Shown here: piece by piece, positions 36,153 through 48,460 of the stretch
Layout: each line of letters starts with the position of its first letter
Numbering within the stretch: the stretch's first letter is position 1
Assembly: GCA_950097015.1 (NCBI GenBank)
Contig: CATNEN010000038.1
Span: 23,002,001-23,066,000, forward strand
Source: Macrostomum hystrix
Lineage: Eukaryota; Animalia; Platyhelminthes
Direction: 5' to 3'
DNA: 64,000 nucleotides
Position numbers and translations under genes: made by a program
Notes under the pieces: generated by a model
Told to the model about the DNA's origin: nothing
The model's input: only the letters and a program-made list of their open reading frames with translations
Database searches by the model: none

Positions 36153-37519
36153 ATGAAATCTGCAACAGTGGCACCAGGAGGCGCTGACTCGATGGAAGTT
36201 ACAGTCGCAGTTGACGATAATGTAGATTGTATAGTACCGCAGTTGAATCCAGTGCCATTGTTATCTGCAGCTTCGGCTGAGTCTCTCAACTCGGCGTCGT
36301 CGAAGCCGGAGTGTCGAATCTGCCGCGGCTCGGCCGACGAATTGCGTCGATTGCACGACCGGCTGCACCAGGTGAAGTGCGCCTGCGCTGGCAGTCTGGA
36401 ACACCTGTGCGCCGGCTGCTACAGGCGATATTACCTGGATCAGGAGCTGGACAGGTTAGTGCACACTCACAATTTATTGCAATACACGACGCTTGATAAA
36501 GTCTTAATAATATCAATAGCAGGAGGACTGCGGGTAATGGCACATCATTTGGTGACACTAGACCCGCAGCCAGCGAGGAGGCAATTCTGCCCATTTCGCT
36601 GGCTCCTGAGCACACACGCACACAGATACTGTACGCAGGCACACGCTCACACAGGTGTGTACATCTGCCCTGACTTTCTCATCGTCAGGCACTGAACACT
36701 TTCTGTCTATGCTTTGGAAAGCTGCATGGCTCTTAGGGGCGTAAATTTCCAGTAAAACGGCCAATCATTTTCTCCTGTCCGCGGAATCGAGCTCAATCAG
36801 GACATTGGTGCGAGAGGCAAACTCTTTGAGAGGTTAGACCGCCCTGACCCCGTTAGGATAAGAACTTCCAACTTTTTGGCTAAGATCTGAAAGCTGTAAT
36901 CATGGTGGGTTTCAACCTCTTTAAAAATGATTTGCACTTTTCCGCCCACATCAACAGGTGCGAAATATGTCGCCAGCCAATTGACATCGACGACGAAGAC
37001 TGTGACGGTCGTGCCGTGTTGAAGCTCCGTCACTGGTTCCGAAAGGACCGCTGCTGCCCTGAGGGTCCCTGCGTTGAGAGCCGCTTTCTCGCGTACGCCT
37101 GCTTCGTTCTGATAGTCTTTGTTGTTGTTTTTATCATATTCTTCATCGTCGGCGAGAAGCTGCATCAACGCCGGCAGCAGAGAGAGCGTCGAATTGGGAC
37201 AATGGCACCGCTGCCTTCTGGGCCGGATTTAACGTCGACTACGGGCACGTCGCCGACCGAAACAGAGCTGACGCCATCAGAGCGTCGCGTGGAAGCCATC
37301 GTATTTGCCTCGGTGGCATGCGTCAACATTGCCATCGCGCTGGCCTACGTAACCTACGCCTACAGGCGACGCTGCTGCGGTTGCTGCCGCAGCGGCGGCG
37401 GCGGCGGCGTCTCGATGGAATTAAGACGACAACGTATGCTGCGACGTCGCAGGCAGGACGTGGAGTTTGGCGCTGTCGAGCAGCACGAGTCTATCCAAAA
37501 CCTGGGAGTTGTGGTTTGA
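36153..37519 (+). CDS. MARCH-like membrane RING-variant E3 ligase, 2 exons (36153-36454, 36958-37519), ~287 aa
   Basis: CRIC...CACAGSLEHLCAGC...R|CEICRQ is joined by a phase-2 GT-AG intron containing a SINE. Two hydrophobic TM segments are followed by RRRCCGCC. Confidence 0.85.
36518..36850 (-). mobile_element. tRNA-SINE in the intron of the RING gene
   Basis: Aligns with the SINE consensus. Confidence 0.88.
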
Positions 37520-38139
37520 GCTGTTGAAAAATTTAAAACGTTCTTTTTTATTGTCCGGCCATTACTTATTGTAGTACAAGCGTTACTATTCATCATTAAT
37601 CCCAGTTTTATCAGCGTTTTAGCAAATTTTTAGCAAACGCAAAAGTTAAATAACTGTCCTCTTATTCTACAGGTATCTCGCGATCAATTGTTTTATTACC
37701 TATTGTCATTTCCTGTAAAAAATCATCTTTGCGTGCAACCAGTTTTGTCTTTCTGGCCAAGTGTGTAAATAAAATTTCAATAGGTACAAGCTTGACTATC
37801 TCTCTGTGTGCTCTGAGCTAACGGTGCTTCATTTTCAAATGACTTGAGCTATACACTTTACTTTGTAAGACTGTTAAAACGACCATTTAACCCGACGCGG
37901 GTATCTGTGGAAGCAAGAGTAAGTCCTTGCATTAGTGTTAAATTAATCAGTCGAGACACAAAGTTCAATAAATAAATTTGCTGTTTGCAATGAAAACTGT
38001 CAAAAAGGTGTTTTTAAAGTTTATTGTTCGAAAAATAGTCACTAGTCACTAACTATTCGATAACTATTAGCATATCGAATAGTAAAGTCATTTGCGAAAA
38101 GTCCAGTCAAATAAACATATTCAATATTCCAGGCCGATT

Positions 38140-41100
38140 TCAGCAGAGAACCGACTTGCCTTGACGATTGGTTGCCATAGCAACCAGGGCCGCACCGCCA
38201 GCTACACCGATCTGGGCCCAGTCGGCTGAGAAGCTGAAAGAGGTTTAAGAATGATTTGTTAATAAAACATGTCATTGCATTTATTCTACATTCGTTTGGA
38301 AAGCAGACGTGGCTAGATGGCGTGTGGGCGGCTTGTTGAGAGTGGGGAGTTGAGAGAAATAATAACATCATGGACACACCGACTGTCTAAGTATCGACAT
38401 CCTCGCCATTAATACCTACCCGGAAATAGCACTGAATGCGGCGCCCATCTGCCACAAGATCTGCTGCTTCAGAGAAGCCTCGGGCACGTGACGCGGCAAC
38501 TGCTCTGAGAATAGCACAGCTGGCCAGGATTCATCCGCGTTAGTCGGTTTCGGAGTCAATTGAGGCAACGCTTCAACCACTACGACGCCAGTGTCGAGAA
38601 GTTCGCTTTGCTTTTGAACGATGACAGGAGGTGTGCTGCGAGAATTCACTGACACAGGTCCTGACAGGAGCTCGGGTGGTGGTAGAAGGCGATTGTTAGT
38701 GGACAAATAGCGAAGTTCGCTAGATTTTTTTGAGTCAAACTTTAGAGCGCGATGCTCAGAGACCCTGGTTAGACGACGATCAGTCGACACAGCCCGACGC
38801 TCAGAGGCTCTTGCAAGACGACGGTCAGTCAAAACAGCCCGACGCTCAGAGGCTCTGGTCAGACGACGGTCGGTCGAGACAGCCCGACGTCCAAAGGCTG
38901 TCGACAACCGACCATCAAAAGACTCAGCACGACGCTCTCTGACCAGACGACGGTCAGTCGTGACAGCCCGACGCTCAGGGGCTCTTGCACTACGACGGTC
39001 CGTGTACACAGCCCGACGCTCAGAGGCTCGCGTCAGACGGTCAGTCGACACAGCCCGACGCCCAAAGCCTCGTGCCAGAAGGTCAGTCGACACAGCCCGA
39101 CGCTCAGAGGCTCTAATCAGACGACGGTTGGTCGAGACAACCGGACGCCCAGAGGCTCTCATTTGATGGTCGCTCGGCAGAGCACGGCGCTCAGAGGCGC
39201 GTGTCAGACGACGGTCAGTCGTGATAGCCCGACGCTCTGAGGCTCTGGTAAGATGACGGTCAATTGACTCAGCACGACGCTCTCTGGCTTGACGAGGATC
39301 AGTCGACACCTCCCGACGTACCCTGACTAGTTGGCGGTCACTCTGCAAGGAACGGCGCTCATAGGATCTTGACAGACGACGATCAGTCGACACAGCCCGA
39401 CGCTCCAAGGCTCGTGTCAGACGACGGTCAGTCGGGACAGATCGATGCTCAGAGGATATTGACAGACGACGGTCAGTGGACACAGTCCGAAGCTCAAAGG
39501 CTCTGGTCAGCCGACGGTCTGTCGACACCTCCATCCGTTCCCTGATTAGTTGACGGTCGCTCGGCCGAGAACGGTGCTCATAGGCTCGTTTCAGACGAGG
39601 GTCACTAGACTCAGCACGACGCTCAGAGGCTCTCGACAACCGACCATCAATCGATGTAGCACGACGCTCTCTGGCCAGACGACGGTCAGGCGACAACTCT
39701 CGACGCTCAGAGGCTCTCGACAATCGACCATCAATCGATGTAGCACGACGCTCTCTGGCCAGACGACGGTCAATCGACAACTCTCGACCCTCAGAGGCTC
39801 GTGTTAGATGACGGTCAGTCGAGACAGCCCGACGCTCAGAGGCTCGTGTCAGACGACGGTCCGTGTACACGGCCAGACGCTCAGAGGCTCGCGTCAGACG
39901 GTCAGTCGACACAGCCCGACGCTCAGAGGCTCTCGACAACCGACGATCAAACGACCCAGCACGACGCTCTCTGGCCATACGACGGTCAGTCGACATCTCT
40001 CGACGCTCAGAGGCGCGTGTCAGGCGACGGTCAGTCGTGACAGCTCTACGCTCAGAGGCTCTCGACAACCGACCATCTGTCGACTTTGTACGACGCTCTC
40101 TGGCCAGAAGACGGTCAGTCGAGACCTCTCGACGCTCAGGGGCTCGTGTTAGACGACGGTCAGTCGAGACAGCCCGACGCTCAGAGGCTCGTGTCAGACG
40201 ACGGTCAATCGAGACAACCCGACGCTCAGAGGCTCGTGTCAGACGACGGTCAGTCGAGACAACCCGACGCTCAGAGGCGCTAACAAGTCGACGGTCAGTG
40301 TACACAGCCCGTCGCTCAGAGGCTCTTGTCAGACGACGGTCAGTCGACACAGCCCGACGCTCAGTGGCTCTCGACAACCGACCATCAATCGACTCATAAC
40401 GACGCTCTCTGGCCATACGACGGTCAGTCGACACCTCCTGACGTTCCCTGATCATTTGACGGTCGCTCTGCAAGGAACGGCGCTCAGAGGCTCGCGTCAG
40501 ACGGTCAGTCGACACAGCCCGACGCTCAGAGGCTCTCGACAACCGACCATCAATCGACTCAGCACGACGCTCTCTGGCCAGACGACGGTCAGTCGACACC
40601 TCTCGACGCTCAGAGGCTCGTTTTAGACGACGGTCAGTCGAGACAGCCTGACGCTCAGAGGCTCGTGTCAGACGACGGTCAGTCGAGACACCCCGATGCT
40701 CAGAGGCGCTTGCAAGTCGACGGTCAGTGTACACAGCCCGACGCTCAGAGGCTCTTGTCAGTCGACGGTCAGTCGACACAGTTCGACGCTCAGTGGCTCT
40801 CGACAACCGACCATCTATCGACTCAGCACGACGTTCTCTGGTCAGAAGACGGTCAGTCGACATCTCTCGACGCTCAGAGGTGCGTGTCAGACGACGGTCA
40901 GTCGTGACAGCCCGATGCTCAGAGGCTCTCGACAACCGACCATCAATCAACTCGGAACGACGCTCTCTGGCTATACGACGGTCAGTCGACACCTCCCGAC
41001 GTTCCCTGATCATTTGACGGTCGCTCTGGAAGGAACGGCGCTCAGGGGCTCTTGTCAGAAAACGGTCACTTGTGACAGTCCGACGCTCAAAGGCGCTTGC

Positions 41101-41601
41101 AAGACGCCGGTCAGTGTACACAGCCAGATGCTCAGAGGCTCGTGTTAGACGACGGTCAGTCGAGACAGCTCGACGCTCAGAAGCTCGTGTTAGACGACGG
41201 TCAGTCGAGACAGCCCGACGCTCATTAGCTCTTGTCAGACGACGGTCAGCCCTGACAGCACGATACTCAGAGGCTCTTAATATTCTTCTGTTCAAGGACA
41301 CAGAACGAATTTTCCGTGTCTCAAGGCTGCCGTGGGCTCTTGGAATCTGTCTGTCAGTTGACAGAGCGTTACGATGTGAGTCTAGAGACAGTTGTCGGTT
41401 CAACTGTACACTTCTGAACTGCCTCGAGCTGATCGCAGAATCGCGATGGCTGGTGACTGCGCCCGTAGCCCTTTCACCTAAAGCAGCTGTGCTGACAGTG
41501 GAACCTCCAGCTGCGACATCGACCACTGCAGTGTGACAGTCGATAGTCTTCCTGGTCATGAAGACCAGAGAGATAAGCAGCAACAGCTTGATGTCCGCCA
41601 T
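38140..41601 (-). CDS. Secreted or membrane-tethered Arg-rich repeat protein, ~1091 aa (exons 41601-38420, 38233-38140)
   Basis: Signal-peptide-like N-terminus and many diverged ~15-aa RRAVSTDRRLTRASE units in one open frame. A GG|GTAGGT donor and TTTCAG acceptor add GFSADWAQIGVAGGAALVAMATNRQGKSVLC*. 5'UTR intron at 41697-41602; AATAAA at ~38020. Confidence 0.8.
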
Positions 41602-41843
41602 CTAAGGTGCGTTTTTAATTATTTAATTAAATTATTCGCTTTTCGGTTTAAAAGCGCAACCAAGATAAATCACCAGCGCACTGATCCGTAGACTTACCTG
41701 GGACAAAAGCACGAGAGATCAGAAACGACTTCAAAACAGAATAAGAAGATCAAGCGCGGATAGTGGGAAGTTTGACTGAACGATTTGCGAGGACCAGTTT
41801 AAGCGGCCGTGAAGCTGGCACAGAGGTTCCTGGAAAGTCTCCC

Positions 41844-41849
41844 TATATA
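41844..41849 (-). promoter_or_regulatory. TATA box of the Arg-rich repeat gene
   Basis: TATATA lies about 150 nt upstream of a consensus CAG|GTAAGT donor of a non-coding first exon. Confidence 0.5.
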
Positions 41850-42317
41850 GTGCAGTGTCCAAGCCAACTCACAGCCGACTCAGAATCCCACTGGGAGTCG
41901 CAGAACTCTTATCACCCATTGGCAGGCTGTTCCCAGTTTCCAAATTATCATCTTCGCAGGTGCGTGACGGTAACGGGCACTAAAAATAGGCTTTCACCGG
42001 CCAACTCCGAGAGGGCACTGCGGTTTAAGTTGTCTTCCTTTAAAACTTTTTTTCGTAGTTTTTATTCTTATCAACCCAGGAACACATTCGAAATAAGTTT
42101 GTTATTAAAAGCAGAAACTCATTTCGTTTCGCAACAATGCCATCGGATATTGAGTCATTGATTTCGCTTCGAACAAAATGAGCTTTGGGAGCTTACCCCA
42201 TGCGCTATAAAATAGTTAAACAAGTTTATTATTTGCGAATAAACTTTACTGGAACTCATCTAAAAAGCAGCTAACAAGCTGCCCAGTCCATAGACAGACA
42301 ATGTGTCATTTGCTACC

Positions 42318-42555
42318 GGGTCGGTGGCAGAGCGGCTATCGCGTTTGCCTCTCGCACCAAGGTCCCTAAGTTCGACTCCGCGGCGAGGCCACATTTATTT
42401 GGGGCGCAAACAGCCGCGGAGACAAGGCTTGGGGGCTTGTCGTGCAATTTACGCCCTTGAGGGCCAACCTCCAAGGCATAGTGAGATTGTACACTGCCTG
42501 ACGATAAGAAATACAGGGCAGATGTACACACCTGTATGAGCGTGTGCCTGCGTGA
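42318..42555 (+). mobile_element. tRNA-SINE copy
   Basis: A box, B box and body present. Confidence 0.88.
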
Positions 42556-42720
42556 TGATGTGTCATTGCCCGCAGATATGTGCAGCATCGCCTCTAGTCC
42601 ATGGACTGATCAGCCGTGCAATCAACTATTATTATTATTATTGTACAAATTAAATACGTAGGCATAAAAATATGCTTCACTTTTGTTAATAGCATCGACC
42701 ATATTATGTTATAGAATCGT

Positions 42721-45700
42721 TTAGTCCTGTTTTGTGAGCCGAAATTCGCGCCAACAATTGGTAGCGGATGCTACAAGAAGCAGACAGAGAACCAGACAGG
42801 CTAAATATGTGGACAATATAATCAGCGTTAGCCAATTATCAACAATAGACACAGTGTCAATGCTTAGATTAACAGCTCCGGTGAATAAATTAGCTAGAAT
42901 AAAATAAGCCAATCCGTATTGGCCAATTCTAGTTAGCAGCGTAGATTGAGATTGAGTGGCAGTGCTGCCTAGACAGAGAAGCTGGTTCAGTGTGAGCAGT
43001 AGCAGCACCTGACTACAGGAGGCTAAACAGGTGAGCATAAAGGCGGCATTGAACAATAGGCGAGACGGTTCAGTGTAGACTGGCGGCAGGTTGATTAGCG
43101 GCAGTAACCATGGCAACGCAACGAATGTGAGTAACATCAGAGGCCAGGTGATAAAACTGCTGGAATTGCCTGCAAATGGATAAGTATGCCTTTTAAATAC
43201 AGATACTCTATGCTAGCGGCATTTCAGAATTTTGTTTATTATAAATAGATCTTATCTAGACACTAATCTATCAGATCTTATCTAGACACTAATCTATCAG
43301 ATCTTATCTAGACACTAATCTATCAGATCTTATCTGGACACTAATCTATCAGATCTTATCTAGACACTAATCTATCAGATCTTATCTAGACACTAATCTA
43401 TCAGATCTTATCTAGACACTAATCTATCAGATCTTATCTAGACACTAATCTATCAGATCTTATCTAGACACTAATCTATCAGATCTTATCTAGACACTAA
43501 TCTATCAGATCTTATCTAGACACTAATCTATCAGATCTTATCTAGACACTAATCTATCAGATCTTATCGAGACACTTATCTATCGGATCTTATCTGGACA
43601 CTAATCTATCAGATCTTATCTAGACACTAATCTATCGGATCTTATCTAGACACTAATCTATCAGATCTTATCTAGACACTAATCTATCAGATCTTATCGA
43701 GACACTTATCTATCGGATCTTATCTGGACACTAATCTATCAGATCTTATCTAGACACTAATCTATCGGATCTTATCTAGACACTAATCTATCAGATCTTA
43801 TCTAGACACTAATCTATCAGATCTTATCTAGACACTAATCTATCAGATCTTATCGAGACACTAATCTATCAGATCTTATCTAGACACTAATCTATCAGAT
43901 CTTATCGAGACACTAATATATCAGATCTTATCTAGACACTAATCTATCGGATATTATCCAGACACTAATCTACGAGTACAGTTGATATTCGGTAGCCATC
44001 ACCAACGCACCATTGCCAGTAGCTGCAGCCAATCGTCGGCTAACAGCAGCGCCGGCGCAATAGACAGCGCAGTAGGCCGGCAGCGACAACAGACCCTCCT
44101 TGTTGGCTAACAGGGGCCACAGCTGTTGCCTGTCAGTGTCGGCTAGCAGGAAATCAGCTCCGCCGAGTGGCAGCAGCAGGCAGGCATGGCAAATACCCAG
44201 AATGACCGCCCACAGGCCTGGCCAACGGGACAGCGGCTGCCAGGCGGCTCTGAGGCAGGCCAAGGTGAGAAAGAAATTCCAATGCACTCCGTACTCAGTC
44301 ACGTGCTCCTGATGATAAATGGGAGGTGAGATGGGTGACCGTGATAAAAATAGTTGGCAGTTTAAAAACCAGGTTAATATTTAAAGGGACAATAAACTAG
44401 AGTGGCTAAACTTCAAATGGGGTTGTAGGGTTGAAGAGGCATGAGGTTGAAGGTTGAAGGACCAAAATTTTCAAGGGTCACGGGGTTAAGGAGTCGTGAG
44501 GTTGTAGGGTTACGCGGTTGAAGGGTCATCAGATCATGAGATTGAAGGGTTATCATGTTGTGAGGTTGAAGGGTCATCATGTTGTGAGGTTTAAGGTTGA
44601 ATCATTCACCTTATTAAAGGTTACGGCAGAGGGGTCTGTGGCAGAGCGGTTATCGCGTTTGCCTCTCGCGCCAAGGTCCCTAAGTTCGATTCCACGGCGA
44701 GGCCACATTTATTTGGGGCGCAGCCGCGGAGAGAAGGCTTGAGGGCTTGTCTTGCAATTTACGCCTTTGAGGGCCAACCTCCAAGGCACTGTGAGAGTGT
44801 ACACTGCCTGACGATGAGAAAGTCAGGGCAGATGTACACACCTGTGTGAGCGTATGCCTGCGTACAGTATCTGTGTGCGTGTGTGCTCAGGAGTCAGCGA
44901 AACGGGTAGAATTGCCTCCTCGCTGGCTGCGGGTCTAGTGTCACCAAACGATATGCCATTGCCCCAGCCCTCCTGCAATTATCATTTTATTAAAAGGTTA
45001 CGGCATTTAACTGAAGGTGAAATCCCAATCCACTACCTGATAATCCGAGGCCTTCACAGCCAAGGTTCTGGCCAAGCCCAGCAGAGCCAACGGCAGGCAG
45101 GCGGTGACAAGAGATCGACGCCACATGCTCAGCGACGCGCCCGATGGCGACGGTGGCGGCGCGAGTAGGCCGCTGGCGAAGGTGAAGGCAGGAGCGCCGA
45201 TGTCCATTAAGCCGACGCCAGCAGATTCAGCTTTGGCTAGACGGCGAGGCATTGCTGGGAAGTCAACGGCGAAGATAGCAACAGAAGTCTGCAGCAGCAG
45301 CAGAGACTGGAAAATATTTTCGCCATATTGGATTGAGTATGATTGAGTAGGGAAACGATTGGGGCTATTTGTATAAACAGTGCCTTGATTTCGGATTTGA
45401 AGGTTAAATCGAGTTTATTAACAGAAGTGGGTGGGATGAAATTGGAGGATTTCTTAATAAGAATGGGGTTACAGGACTAGAATCGGATTTGATTGATTGA
45501 GTTTGAATCGAGAATTGTGGTAAGATTCGATGATTTAGATGGGATTTTAGCCTTGAGGCAGGATTTCGGTAAGATCATTGGAGTGGGATTTGATGATTGG
45601 GTGGGATTTGATGATTGGGATAGGATTTGATGATTGGGGTGGGATTTGATGATTTGGATGGGATTTGATTATTGTGGTGGGATTTGATGATTGGGATGGG

Positions 45701-46534
45701 ATTTGATGATTTGGATGGGATTTGATGATTGGGTGGGATTAGATTATTGTGGTGGGATTTGATGATTTGGATGGGATTTGATTATTGTGGTGGGATTTGA
45801 TGATTTGGATGGGATTTGATTATTGTGGTGGGATTTGATGATTTGGATGTGATTCGATGATTGGGATAGGATTTGATGATTGGGGTGGGATTTGATTATT
45901 GTGGTGGGATTTGATGATTGGGATGGGATTTGATGATTTGGATGGGATTTGATGATTGGGTGGGATTAGATTATTGTGGTGGGATTTGATGATTTGGATG
46001 GGATTTGATTATTGTGGTGGGATTTGATGATTGGGATGGGATTTGATGATTTGGATGGGATTTGATGATTGTGGTGGGATTTGATGATTTATTGGGATTT
46101 GGGATTGAGTGTTTTGGAGGGACTGTTTCTGATTTAAGGATTCACATAATCCCACTCACCTGAAAATCCTTAAACAATTGCTTAGGTTGCGGCAGTGCAA
46201 CAATAAAATCGAAATTATTCCTCTGCGCAATGGGCACCAATAGCAGCAAGCAAGCCCCGGCTAAACAAACTAATTCGGTCACGTGATCGGCTAGTACAGT
46301 CAGCTGCAGCACAGCAGACAGGCACAATAAAATCGATTCCAAATAATTGATTAGCCGCATTGGTCCGAAGCAGCATCTCAACTGAGCAGTGACGCCCAAC
46401 AGTAGGCAGGGCAGACTCAGGTGCAGCCAAATCTCTGTTAGGCCGCAGCCTCCGTGACCAGCTATGAAAGCTTCGTGTTGAGCCTTCCTGCTAGTCATGT
46501 TATTAGTATTTTGATTGCGATTATCAGTTGCCAT
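42721..46534 (-). CDS. PIGW: GPI inositol acyltransferase (PIG-W/Gwt1), 4 exons (46534 or 46498-46160, 45306-45037, 44308-44011, 43169-42721), ~451-463 aa
   Basis: Motifs RKAQHEAF, AVDFPAMPRRLAKAESAGVGLMDIG, YQ|EHVTEYGVHWNFFLTL, NKEGLLSLPAY and ILANLFTGAVNL. All splice phases are compatible. Confidence 0.93.
43246..43970. repeat. 26-bp intronic minisatellite (AGATCTTATCTAGACACTAATCTATC)n
   Basis: Fills PIGW intron 3. Confidence 0.95.
44631..44980 (+). mobile_element. Full-length tRNA-SINE in PIGW intron 2
   Basis: A box, B box and full body present. Confidence 0.9.
45580..46100. repeat. 19-20-bp intronic minisatellite (GGGATTTGATGATTTGGAT)n
   Basis: Fills PIGW intron 1. Confidence 0.93.
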
Positions 46535-48081
46535 GCGGATGAGACTTGACTATGTCGTAGGTATTGACAATCAGATAGCTTGAGAATAGGCAGTACAGAT
46601 AGCGAAACCAAACTAGTTGACTGCGATGATGCCGCATGCAACGAAACGGTGTCAGCAGTTCAGCAGCAGGCGTGGCGAAGATTAATCCTGTTGGGCTGCT
46701 CTGCGGCCAGAAGTAGTTCTTTAGAACAGCTGGGATGCTGGCTAGAATGCCTATAAAATATAGGGATGAGAAACGGGAAGATAGGGGAAGAGGGGGTAGA
46801 TAAATGGTACACTGCCTGACAACGGGAGAACCTGTGTGAGCCAGTGCCTGCGTACAATATCTGTGTGCGTGTGTGCTCAGGAGTCAGCGAAATGGGCAGA
46901 ACTGCCTCCTCGCTGGCTGCGGGTCCAGTGTCACCAAATGATGTGCCATGGTGTGCTTATAGAAAAAGAATGATAGCCTAGTCTTGTAGAGTCAAAATAC
47001 TTACCGCTGTACTTTCGAATCAGCGATTCGGTACGCAGCAGCAGCACAGGCAGCTGGTGGCAGCAGTCAGCAGTGTCGCAAGCCCAGCGCTGCAGTGCCC
47101 GATGATTGGCGTGGCCGCTAACGCCGTCGCTGTCAAATGTAATCAGACAGTCAACCTGCCAATCAGCTAGCACGGGTCTAAGGCAGTTGTCTATGGCCGC
47201 AACTGACCAATCAACTGCGTTACTATCCGGCAATTGAGGATCGTCAATAATTTTTAATCTCCGACAGTCCTGTCCCAGTCCTTTCGTCCAGGCAGCTGTC
47301 AGTTCCTTAACACGCTGTTTACCCTGACCGTAGTAATCCCCTGACGACAGGCAGGCCAGGTAGAGCTCATAACGGCAAGATCTGCCTGCCGCTAGCAACA
47401 GGGGCGCAAAGAACATGCATTCGTCGTCAGGATGAGCGGTAACCAATAGCAACCGAATTGGGCGAAACCGAACTGAGACTTCAGCAGAGGATAACTGACT
47501 CTGATATGAAGAAAAATTAGGGAATTTATGAAGCACAGTAATAATGACTCTCATTCCAGGGGATCTGGGTATGACAGTAAACTGTCATACTGGGATTACT
47601 GGGATCACAGTAAATATAATGGGATCTGTGCCAACAGAATGGGATCTCTTTTAATAGAATGGGATCTCAGTAACTAGAATGGGATCTCAGTAAATAGAAT
47701 GGGATCTCAGTAAATAGAATGGGATCTGAGCATGAGAATGAGATCGAAAATTTAGTACGGGATATAGGAAACAGAATGGGATGTTAAAATTAGAATAGGA
47801 TCAGAATATTAGAATGGGATACGAGGATCAGAATGTGTTGGCTGGCTTAGACGACACGTCTAGAAAAATGCCTTTACTGAGCTTGAGCTTACCAACTTTA
47901 ATCTCTCTGATTCTAGTAGCAGATCGCCCAGCTGTTGCAGACACTTGTCACTGAGTCGGCAAGCAAGCCAATAAGCAGCAGCAGCAGTGCTAAATAGAGT
48001 AAACACGTTTCCAAGTATTAGTATCAACGGCGACAAGTAACCTAAGTCACCGAGAAGTGAGTAGTTAGACAGGTAATTGGA
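46524..48081 (-). CDS. PIGL: GlcNAc-PI de-N-acetylase (PIG-L), 3 exons (48081-47893, 47500-47005, 46750-46524)
   Basis: N-terminal TM segment, catalytic AHPDDE, ITFDSDGVSGHANH and C-terminal CMRHHRSQLVWFRYLYCLFSSY. Splice phases 0 and 1 are compatible. No ATG in the first exon. Confidence 0.93.
46805..46950 (+). mobile_element. Partial tRNA-SINE in the last PIGL intron
   Basis: 3' half of the SINE body. Confidence 0.85.
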
Positions 48082-48174
48082 CTGAAAAGTTTGAAATTAT
48101 GATTTTTTAATGCGTAAAACACAACGCTATCTTGTTTTCCGAACAAAGCAAAGCAAAAAAATTCACATTTTATA

Positions 48175-48460
48175 GGGGCCAGCGGCAGAGCAGTTAACGC
48201 GTTTGCCTCTCGCACCAAGGTCCCTAAGTTCGATTCCACGGAGAGGCCATATTTATTTGGGGCGCAGCCGCGGAGGGAAGGCTTGGGGGCTTGTCGTGCA
48301 ATTTACGCCCCTTACACTGCCTGGCGATGAGAAAGTCAGGGCAGATGTACACACCTGTGTGGGTGTGTGCTCAGGAGTCAGCGGAATGAGCAGAATTGCC
48401 TCCTCGCTGGCTGCGGGTCTAGTGTCACCAAATGATGTGCCGTTAGCCGCAGCCCTCTGT
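48175..48460 (+). mobile_element. tRNA-SINE copy upstream of PIGL
   Basis: A box and B box present; internal deletions. Confidence 0.88.

Noticed and set aside
48041-48044. Alternative PIGL acceptor TTAG|GTTAC
   Set aside because: It has a weaker pyrimidine tract and is out of frame for a leader AUG; TTTTCAG at 48082 fits better.
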